From NCBI RefSeq assembly GCF_001194135.2, contig NC_069000.1, positions 18,438,573-18,502,572 on the forward strand: a stretch of 64,000 nt of DNA, given 5' to 3'. Both the position numbers and the translations under genes were made by a program. Numbering within the stretch: position 1 is the first letter of the stretch; each line of letters starts with the position of its first letter. Source of the DNA: Octopus bimaculoides. Lineage: Eukaryota. Positions 1 to 11,634 of the stretch are shown here, piece after piece. Under the pieces are notes generated by a model. That model ran no database searches and was not told the origin of the DNA. It saw nothing but the letters and a program-made list of their open reading frames with translations.

Positions 1-224
1 AGAATAGTTTCATTTTTAAAGTGAAAGTATTTGACATGAGTGTTTTTTGTTTCACTTTTGACACGTAATACTTAAATAGTGGAGGAGATATTATGTTGCT
101 GTGGGCTCGAACTCTGGAAGAAGTTAAAATTTTTTTTGACTAAAACACAACTGGAACCCTAAGTAAGGCATCTGTAAAATTTGAATGAAATTGGTTGCGT
201 AGTTCTCGAGTTTTAGGGATTCAC

Positions 225-259
<35 letters not shown>

Positions 260-285
260 TTCTCATTTTTATATATATAGATGAA
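1..285 (+). mobile_element. Helitron/Helentron-type non-autonomous element, 3' part
   Basis: aaattggttgcgtagtt...(CAGA)n...cattctcattttatatatataga end resembles HINE/DINE-type termini; family assignment from memory. Confidence 0.4.
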
Positions 286-1080
286 TGCATCCATCTTGAA
301 TAAATTACCACATTCTTCAATGTCTAAAAGCTAAGCTTGGGAAAGTTATTCTAGATCTGGTCTTTTGAGCTCGTCAACTGGATGTAAACATACTGAAGAA
401 GAGGCCAGCAGCTGAAGCAGTACGATGAACTGTATGGGTGGGGAGTGGATGGTAATGAGTCAAATTATTGACAAAAAAACAGTAGTGAGCATACGTAATG
501 GAAAAATTTGAAAAACACAAAGCAAATGGTGTGGAAAAATAAGGAAACACAGAAGGAGTGAATGTCAAGAGAGAAAAGAATGGAAATGGCAAATTTCATA
601 ATAGCTTGTCTGTCATGCTGTACAAGAGTTAAAGAGGGATAAAAGGGTAAAATTTACCCCATGACAAAGATTATCATCATGGCAACAACTGGTGTGAAGA
701 GAAAATCATCATCATTTAATGTCTGTTTTCTATGCTGGCATGGGTTGGGTAGTTTGACAGGAATTGGCCAAGTCAGTCCCTCCACAAAGCTTACAATATT
801 CTTGGAATGAAAAGGGCCAGAAGGCAGGTGACCATTGGTTGTGGAGGCAGCAAAGGCTGCTTCAAGTTGACAGCAGATCAGGAGGTGCAAACCCTGGAAG
901 GGGCACTTCTACCAGGGATAGTGCTACCTAGACAAAACTGGGGATTGATTAATCCCAGCTAGGTCATCTGAGTGAGGCCGTCTAATGTTGAGAGACCTAA
1001 AATACCTAACGAACCCAGGAAACATCAAACACAATGTGTCCAGGTGCATTACAGGATGATGTATGGAAAAGCATACTTAC

Positions 1081-1190
1081 TTCCATTGGATACTGTTTTT
1101 TGATTTCTTTTCTATTAACCCGATTCCTTCTAGAACATTTGTAATGTCATATATCCGTCGTTTCTGTCGCACAGCCAATGTGTCTGCAGC
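1081..1190 (-). CDS. E2F4/5: E2F4/5 copy A coding exon 2
   Basis: tgttacag|GCT...TGG AA|gtaagt; same 36 aa as copy B exon 2. Confidence 0.96.
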
Positions 1191-4100
1191 CTGTAACAGA
1201 AATTAAGAAAAGAAGAGTTACAAAAAACTTCAGTCGTATCACTGCTACACCACACCAGACCACACACCAACACCATTATAAACATTAGATATAAGCCAGT
1301 TAGTACCTATGTGGTGGTTGGCTGACTTGCTCCAACTAGCAGTCAAATCACCCACTTCCAAGTTAGAAAAAAAAAAACCCCAGGCAATGTGGCTGAGTTC
1401 CTTTTGAGTGTTGGGTCACATGGATCAAAGTCGCTGAGTTCCTTTCGAATGTTGGGCCTTTGGCATTATGTAGTGCTTGAGAAGAAGACCCATCATGCTG
1501 AGAACAATCGCAGTCGTGGAAGATATCAGTGTCATGCAAATGGTACCTGTGCTGGTGGCGCATAAAGCACCCATTACACTCTGAGTGGTTGGCATTAGGA
1601 AAGGCATCCAGCCATAGAAAGCCAAGCCAAATTCGACTGGAGTCTGGTACAGCCTTCTAGCTTACCAGCCCTGGTCAAACCGCCCAACCCATGCCAATAT
1701 GGACAATGGCTGTAAAAAAAAAAAAGAGGATGATTATGATGTGGACATGAGTTTCCTGCACATAGGTAAAAGGCATGATGATCACAACTGGAATGTATTT
1801 GATTGATCAGGGCTAAACAATACCACCTTCACATCTGGCAATAGGGGAACTTCAATGTGATAACTAAACCAGCTAGAAAAAGCAACCACATCTTACTTTA
1901 AACCTTTGAAAACCAACCTACCAGAGATTGTCCCTGGCTCTATGACAAATTTACTGTTTTAATGTGATCTAAATTATAATCTTCCATTGAAATTTTATGT
2001 CAGTTTGTTCCAGCCTCCAGCTCAATAATGAGAAAGTTAATTCCACTAAATTCTTTATTTATTTTAAAAATCAACTGAAACAAAAGCGTTATATGTCAAC
2101 AGAAATATGGCAACAAAAGGGTTAATCATACCCCACCCCTCATCTTAAAGGTCAGAGACAATGATCTGAGGTTAAACAAAAACAACAACAAACAACATTA
2201 TAGAACACTGTGATGAACAAGGTCAGCAGATAATGTAGTTGGTTATTGGTCCATAGGCTTTTGATTCAAATCCATGACAGGTATTTTGTCGTGTCTTTCA
2301 ACAAAAAGAATTAAGTTGTCATCAATTCATTTTAAGTTCTAAAATGCCAGAAATAGGCCCATCTTAGAAGAATATTACTTGGTACAGACTGGTGTTAATA
2401 TTTAGAAGAACCCCCTTCCTTCTGACAGTTTAACCCCTTGTCCACTAGCATGAAGTTAATCCCCCTCCTCTCCCGGGGTTAATAGTCCTGCAAGCTGTAT
2501 GGCAACCTCAATAGAGCAGATGGCATGAACAACCTGGACTCCGCTACCCATTCAGTCACATAAATTTGGACAACATACTAGCTGTCTACCAAAATCTGCA
2601 GTCAACATCTCTTGAAAAGGGTTTTATTACCCCAATACATACCCTGTTATTTCCCATAATCTTTTTCTTCTTTCCTTTCCTTCTCTTGCTTCCTACTCTT
2701 TGACTCTAAACCACTCCCACTCTATGCATATTTTGGATCTCACCTTGTGAGATTGGTTCTCTCAACTTTCTCTATATTTTGTTCTTTATTATTCTTTGCT
2801 ATTGACTTTTCTATTCAGTTGGACTCACCATTGTGTTGTGGCTGATTTAGGAATTTCATGCAGCAATGTAAACTTCATTAAAGTAATCTTAGCCTGATGA
2901 TTAGCTATACTGAAGAAAGTTCATTGTGCAACACTTGCATGAGCTTCAACTAGTTAAGAAATGCATATAGCTTACATTTTACCTATTCCACTCTTTCAGT
3001 TTGGAATTTTAATCCCATTTTTAGCACTATTAGTTGCTAACAGTGTATAGAAACTATCTGCTTGACAATTTTTTTTTACAATTTCAGTTTGGGAAAATGC
3101 ATGTAACCCTTGATGCCAATAAATAGTTATTGATTGTGTCTTACCATATACTGTCCATTTTTTCTCAATACTAACCACCTACTGCTTGAAGCTTACAAAT
3201 TTCCTACATTTGGATCCCTGGATCGTATACAGACGCAGACACACACACATGTGTATGTAATTAAATGAATGTCAAATGAACAGGATATTACATAATGAAC
3301 TTCATTAGCTTACAGCTGTTTCTGTTATGAGATACAGTGCACTGAAGGCTAAGTGCTTGTGCATCACCTTATAGCTTCATTGGAGCACTGCATCTTATAA
3401 CAGGAACAGCTGTAAGCTAATGAAATTCATAGCATAATTTCCTCTTTCTTTATTAATTTAATTCCTTATTTATTTAATTATTTAATAGTTGTACTCAACT
3501 AATGCTTTAGTCTGAAGCATATGTATACTGAGTTCTAACACCAGGCTATTAGTATTGCTATGCCTCAGCAAAACATCAAATATATATATATATATGTAAA
3601 AGGTTGAAGAGGAACACATGAGTAGATATATATGGAAAAAAGACAAAGTAGAAAATGTTAAAATACTTTTATAAAGAACATTACAGAACCGGTTTCGATC
3701 CTTGAGATCTTTTCAACAGTAAATATGAATAATAAATTTTTGAAAAATTATTGAAAAATTTAATTTTGGTAAATTTAAAAGAAAAGTCTTTTTAAAGACA
3801 TATTCGTATAGTATGCAGCTGTTACTTGAATACTATACAAATATGTCTTTAAAAAGACTTTTCTTCTAAATTTACCAAAATTTAATTTTTCAATAATTTT
3901 TCAAAAATTTATTATTCATATTTACTGTTGAAAAGATCTGAAGGATGGAAACCGGTTCTGTAATGTTCTTTATAAAAATATTTTAGCATTTTCTACTTTG
4001 TCTTTTTTCCATATATACACACACACTCATATACACATGTATGTGTGTATGTATGTATGAGGCAAAGCTATAAATATAATCAAGTTACAAGTATTAAACG

Positions 4101-4274
4101 ATTAACGCAATACTACACAACCACCACCACATTCACTACCACTACTACCATTAGCCCCATTTCCACCACTGCACCACAGCCATTGTATCTATCAGACCGT
4201 GTGTTTTATGCAACTGTTACCGTTGTTGCTGTGGCTATACAATAGGAAGGGTAGAGAGAGAGAGAGAGAATGAA

Positions 4275-4306
<32 letters not shown>

Positions 4307-7300
4307 GAGGGAGGGGCAACTGGCTGTGGTTTGTTCTGAGTTTTATTTTTTTTTTAACAGACAGATTATGATTTTGTTTGGAACCACGTGTAGTAAATAT
4401 TTGCAAGCAACCACACACACGCACTATAACATTGATCTGCTCGTACAGTTTGTGTATGTTGTCATACAATCTTGAATCAGGAAGCTAGTCTCTTGATAAG
4501 GTCAGCAACTTAACACATGGTCGCTTTATCATGTTAGCGTAAACAACCAATTCCAACCCTCAAAACACCCCACCATCTTTAAAAAAAATTGGCTTATATA
4601 GTCCTTGATATGACGGAATGATCACGGATGGAACGCCTTTCCTTATAAGTTGCTGAATCAAGGCTGATTTGAGACTAAACAGTAATTTATTCTGATTTAC
4701 AATGAAATTAAAACTAAAAAAAAAAGATTTTTATGCCTGTTTATCTATCTGGGTCGTTAAAGCAATTACCATCATTTTCTCGGAAAGCCCTGCCGTATAA
4801 TGCTCACGTCGTACCTGCCATCTTAAAATCATATTGCGAATACGAAATATAGTTCTTAAAATTTTTATAACTTATAAAGCACGGAGACCTTATCCATAAG
4901 TCCTATAAATCTTAGGGGCCCAACTTTAATCAATGTATGTTATGTCTGGTAGTCAATAAAATAAATATTATAAGCCCCACTACATTGATTTATGCAGGAG
5001 CCTAATGCAGCTAAGACGGCCTTAATTATGATAAATGCTAAACATGATTTTGTTGTGGAATTATTTCTGTGTATTTGTAGAAGTTACCCGATAAAAAATG
5101 AATTTATTTTACTGTTTTATATAACAATTACCGATTTTTTTTTTAATGAAGTATACTGTATTAAATGGGCAATGAAAAATATCTAAAAACTGTTGTTACA
5201 CGGTGTCGAATGGATATAACGTCACAAACGGAAAAAAAAATCCCACAATTTGAATTTTAATAAAGTCCCATTTTACTTCCTGACACAAATATCTTGTTAC
5301 TAATCAATGATTTGACAATACAGTATGATAACACAATATAATGGTCTTAATAGTATGTGGGAAATAATATAATGTTTTATTCTATAAAATAATATTTGAA
5401 GATAATGTGCTTCAACTGAAACTTATTCTTGTGAATTTTTTTCCCCACTAGATTCAGTTAGTATACCATGGTGATTTCTCTTACATTTCTTATTATAAAT
5501 CGAGATATGGAAATAATTTCATACGTGTGTGTACTCCGAATGACTTGTGAATGGAACAATGAACGCACCTAAAATAATATCAGAAACAGTTGTAAGTCTA
5601 CGATGCACAAATAAATGTAAAGCCAATTATTTATGCCTTTTCTTGTACACACACACATAGAGAGAGTGGGGGACGACAGATTTCAATGTTTTGTTCTATT
5701 TGTTAAAAGTCTATTGAAAACAGACAGCCTGACGTAGATACACATTTTAAAAATGATACAATGATATGATTGCGCAGTAACCATTTTCTGCAGACATATT
5801 TCCGGAATTAGCGCGCCAAAACGAAGACATTTGATTTTTACCAGTACGTTGTAATTAGCAGAACCATATACACGTTCGCTTCTAGGGGTCAACATCTTGT
5901 ATAGGATTCTGAGAATTATTACTTGCGGTTCGCGCTGAAGAGGAACAGATTTTCTCGGTAAGAGGATTTTAATTCCGAAACCGGTCCGCGAATAACAATG
6001 TTTTAATTTTATGTATGTAATTTTCAGTCTTGCTCGCTTACGGTTTGGTATTTCGCTGAATTTCTTTTGAGAACTATTAGGTCTTAGCAGACACAACATG
6101 TGGTCTATTTCTAGCACATTAAATGTCCACTTTACTGGTCATATATATATATGGGAGAATGTACGAAAAAACAACAACAGACGAGGACAGGTGGTGTAAA
6201 CAACAAAAGGATGTATTAGTATGACGCTCGGGAATACGGAAAGTCTTTAACGTTTCGAGCTACGCTCTTCAACAGAAAGAATACGGAGACAAGGAGAAAA
6301 ACACGGAGAAAAAAAATTGAATAGTGTTCAGTCAACGGTCAATCATATATATATAAGATCCCCTTCAATCGTGAATGACCATGTGATGCACCTAGAATGT
6401 TCCCCTCCGAGGTACAAGTCCGGGCAAGGTTGTTCATAAAAGACCAGTAGTCGCCCTTGCATACTTGCCTCTCCTCTCTGTGCCACTGATGTTATTCAAG
6501 GGAAACGAAAAGGCCGATACAGCTTGGCACCAGTGACGTCGCAACTCGTTTCTACAGCTGAGTGAACTGGAGCAACATGAAATAAAGTATCTTGCACAAG
6601 AGCACAACACGACAAACAGCTCAGTCCGGGAATCGAACTCACTGCCTTCATGATTGTGAGCCCGACGCTCGAACTACTGAGCCATGCCCCTTCACATAAC
6701 ATTTAGATAAATCATTAATTTATAACAAAAGTGTTAGATGTGTCGAAGTGTAGTAACGAAGTAAGAACAGTCAAAACTGTTTTCTTTGATGTTATCAACT
6801 CTAAGGATTNNNNNNNNNNNNNNNNNNNNNNNNNNNNNNNNNNNNNNNNNNNNNNNNNNNNNNNNNNNNNNNNNNNNNNNNNNNNNNNNNNNNNNNNNNN
6901 NNNNNNNNNNNNNNNNNNNNNNNNNNNNNNNNNNNNNNNNNNNNNNNNNNNNNNNNNNNNNNNNNNNNNNNNNNNNNNNNNNNNNNNNNNNNNNNNNNNN
7001 NNNNNNNNNNNNNNNNNNNNNNNNNNNNNNNNNNNNNNNNNNNNNNNNNNNNNNNNNNNNNNNNNNNNNNNNNNNNNNNNNNNNNNNNNNNNNNNNNNNN
7101 NNNNNNNNNNNNNNNNNNNNNNNNNNNNNNNNNNNNNNNNNNNNNNNNNNNNNNNNNNNNNNNNNNNNNNNNNNNNNNNNNNNNNNNNNNNNNNNNNNNN
7201 NNNNNNNNNNNNNNNNNNNNNNNNNNNNNNNNNNNNNNNNNNNNNNNNNNNNNNNNNNNNNNNNNNNNNNNNNNNNNNNNNNNNNNNNNNNNNNNNNNNN

Positions 7301-9208
7301 NNNNNNNNNNNNNNNNNNNNNNNNNNNNNNGGAATCCTATGATGGATATCTCTTATGTGTTTAAATGTACATTGCATTTATATATATATATATATGAAAA
7401 ATAAAAACATGGCAAATGTTTTTATTGTTCATTCCCTTCGAAATTTATCCCTAATAGGGGTTGGGATTTTAGCTGTTCCTTCTAGCGTGCAAGGAATCCT
7501 ATGATGGATATCTCTTATGTGTTTAAATGTACATTGCATTTATATATATATATATATGAGAGAGAGAGAAATTAAACTCTACACTAGTATTCTGTATTGA
7601 GTATTACATATGAAAGCAATCCACTTCGACTGAACATATATCAGGTCATCCTATAAGTAATGTCCGGATTTTAATAAGGAAAACAAGTGATCAAATCTTA
7701 CATTTAAATGAAACTTAATTATCAATATAGTTTCCATGATTATCCATGACGTCTTTTCATGTACTCGTAAGGTCTTTAATCCCAATAGTGAAAAACCTTT
7801 TCAGCTTCGAAGAGAAGTACTCTGAAAGGTTAGTTTCGACTTCTTTCAAGAGTTAACTCATCCAAATGATTCTGTAAACTATGGAACAAATGGTAATTAG
7901 AAGGAGCAAGGTCTGGGGAATAAGGCAGACGAGCAATTTTCTCCAAGTCAAGTTCCTCGATCTTCTCTGATGTGATCTTTGCAGTGTGGGGTCTTGCATT
8001 GCTCTGATGAAACACCACTCCCTTTCGATTCACTAAAGCTGGCCTTTTTTTCTTCAAAGCAGCGTTCAATTACTCTAATTGCTGACAGTAGACTTGAACA
8101 TTGATTGTTGCATTAGTTGGCAGCAACTCAAAGTGGATGACTCCTTTGCAATCCCACCAAACAGAGAGAAGGACCTTCTTCGCATGGAGTTCTCTTTTCG
8201 ATTGTGGTTGGGCCTTTTTTCCTTCACCAAGCCAATGGGTACAACACTTAACATTTTTTTCTCACAGGTCACCAGTCTGTTCAAAAAGGGCGAGATTAGT
8301 TCACGAGAACGAAAAGAAGAGATGCCACTCGGGATTTGCAGTTGGGTTCAGACAAATCACGAGGCACCCATTTCCCGAGTTTTAGGACCTTTCCACACCG
8401 TTGAAGATAGCAGTGAACAGTTGTATGGCTTGAACAAAGCTTGCTTGCCAATTCTTCAACTGAAACTGCATGATCTTTTCCAAGTTCTGCCAAAAGGAGC
8501 TTGTCATCAAACTCAATTGAACGTCCTATTCGGATCTCATGTTCAAGGCTGAAATCTCCACTTCTAAATTTTACAAACCCTCTTCTGGAAGGTCTTTCAT
8601 TCTGGCATTCTTCTCCATAAGCTGAGTGAATATTTCGAGTCACTTCAGTTACAGAGTTCCCTTTCTTTAAACTCATAAAGCATTATGTGCCTCAAATGTT
8701 CCTTAGACACTTCCATGTTTAAAGAGCTATAATTAGTGAAATTTCAATTAGATTATGCTGCAAAATGAAATTTAATTAGTTTAAATATGTCCAAATACAT
8801 ATTTATACTCCTCAGTATATCGCGAGTTTCTGCGGCCGATGGGTATTTATATTTTTTAGATTTTAATTATTTCTGTGGTAAAATAAGCATTTTCACGCCT
8901 AAAAATTAATAAATAAAAATACAATACAGTGCTGCATTGTATAACACATTAATTAAAATATATTAAAAGAAAATACGTAGTGTACCATAGATGAGTTAAC
9001 AAAGAATCGTACATACTGTATGGAAAACGAAACTCGGAATGGGAGTGTGTGGTGTTGTTTTGCATTTATAATAAAATAAATATATACAAATTACAAAAAT
9101 AATTTTTAAAAATATACAGTACAGTACTGTTTCTACTTCGCGAATTTTCACCAATTGCAGAGCGTTTTGGAAAATAATACCCGCGATAGTCGAGGGATTA
9201 CTCTGTGT

Positions 9209-9257
<49 letters not shown>

Positions 9258-9492
9258 CCCGCGCGCACGCACACATACTTACCTCCCTCTTGCACTCTCC
9301 TGTCTTAGAAAGAACTTTTCCTCCATCCCTTCCCCTTCCAGTCCTTCCACAATATAACCTCGTGGACATCGGTGGCGATTTTTTTTTTCCTCCGTTTTTC
9401 CCTTCTTTGGACTTTCCTTGTTTCCGACGAAGAGCTCCGCTCGAAACGTCATATTCTCTCTCTTTCCTTTCCCGAGCGTCTANNNNNNNNNN

Positions 9493-9530
<38 letters not shown>

Positions 9531-11600
9531 CTAATAAAACCCTTCCACAGATATCGGCTATCACAAAATTGAAAAGTGGAGATGCTTTTTCACTGTGCCA
9601 CTCGAATCATCTGAAGATCCACAAATACCCATGACAAATATCAAAGAACGGAGTTAGCAAAGTTATTAAAATGATCTGCTAACTCCGCCAGTGACACGTA
9701 GAAGGGCACCCGTGCCAGTGACTCTGTAAAGTGATTGGCGTTAGGAAGGGCAGCCAGCCGTAGAAACCAAGCCAAAACAGATGACTTCAGCCTGGTGCAG
9801 CTCCCCGGCTTACTAGCTCCAGTCAAGCCGTCTAACTCATACCAGCATAGAAAACAGACATTAAATGATGATGATTTTATATAAATACATATATATGTAG
9901 TCGAGGAAAAATGTCATGGAATAAAAAGTCAGATTAAAAGGCCATACTAAGCTTCCATAAATTCCTGATTTAATTGCTTGTTTGTGGTTCTTGTTTCTTT
10001 GATAATTGATATTTTCCCGATTAAGTGTAATGGCATTAAATCAATCGTGTTGTCATTTTGAACAAGCCGTGTATATTTATCGCTAGTTAACAAGAAACTT
10101 GCTTTTCTTTTCGCTAATATTTATGATATTTAAATAATGAAATTTGACAGTTTTATTATATTTCCATTCACCTTGTGTGTGTTAAGGCACGCACGCATAT
10201 ACTACTAGTTAGTTTGATAAGTAGCCAACGCACGACACTTACAGCCCTTGGGTCACTCTATCGCTATTACTAAATATTAATAAAAATATATATTCATATT
10301 TTGAGTTCTATTTTTCCTGTTTGCATCACCTATATATATATGTATATACATACATAAACATATGCGTGCGCGCACACAAACGTTACATAAACACATGCAG
10401 TGTCCCCATAAGAAAGGAAATATTCAAACTTTTCAATTTACAAGCCACGTGGTAGTATTATATATGTAGTGAACGTCCGTCTATATAAGCTCATGCCTAT
10501 GTGAATATTTCGTCAACAAATAAAAGCAAACCAAGATCTGTTTACTTAAAAATATTAGTGACTTAGAAAGAAGGGGGGAGGGGGTATTGTTTTTGTTTCT
10601 CTGCATATTTTTGGCAACAGTGAACTCGTTTCTTTAAATCAATGTCAATGAAATGGTTGGTGGGGGGTGAATTGGAGCAATGGTTGCTTAGCCCCAGGTC
10701 AGCTCTGATACTGCAGACATACGTTTAAAGCCGTTTCCAACCGTGACCATCACCTGTCAGACACAATGTACCTAGGACTACGTTATCCACTGTATTCCTT
10801 TTTTTGCTTTTCAAAGGAAGCAGAATATGATTTGAAGATGGGTTTGGCTGCTATTTCTAAATGATGTAGTGAACCTACACGCTCCTTTCAGACTCCCTTG
10901 TTGGACCGATCGGTAGTGATTATGATGAGTGGTGATAATGAGAGAGACGGTAACGACGTGGTTGTTGTTTAGCTCAGGGGTTTTCAAACTTTTTGACTTG
11001 CGGACCCCTTTATATTTCAGGCTTTACCTTAGGGACCCCTTATAAACGCTTATGAAATTTATACATAAATATTTGCTTAAAATAACATATATTTTTACAT
11101 TTATTTATTTAACAGTATTTAACAAAATAGGTTTATTGTCAATTAAAAGATTTCGATTAAAAAACATATATAAAATCAAATTGCCCATAAAAAGTATTTG
11201 CTGTCCACGGACCCCGTCTTGTCCTTGCGGACCACAGTTTGAAAACCCCTGGTTTAGCTCCAGGTCAGCTTTGATTGAGTAAGCCTATGATCAAAGTCAT
11301 TCCATATTTGATCGTCCTGTTTCTTTGGGACTATCTTAGACAACTTAATGCTATGTCTTCCCTTTTAATAGACAGTAAGGTGAGTTTTAAAGGAGATTTG
11401 GCTACTCTTCTTAGCAAATCGACAAATCACGTACAGGATCTAAAAAGTAGTGGTACTATTAGCAAACGGTGGGGTATAACAGTTTACATGAACACGCAAC
11501 CATTGTGACGAAGCTGGGGGTTGGAAGTAGGGGTGACGGTGGTCGTGGAGGTACCGTTGTTGTTATTTCTTGTTATTGAAGTTGCGCCACGTGATGTAGG

Positions 11601-11634
<34 letters not shown>

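Noticed and set aside
5683-6117. 144-aa minus-strand ORF
   Set aside because: No recognisable domain, non-ATG start, no supporting splice structure; overlaps the motif-rich non-coding module.
6715-7377. Long ORFs crossing N runs (also 11521-12375, 41186-41789, 44824-45428)
   Set aside because: Artefacts of assembly gaps translated as X.
7331-7556. Direct duplication of about 65 bp (7331-7396 and 7494-7556)
   Set aside because: Abuts a gap and a (TA)n tract; most likely a scaffolding artefact.
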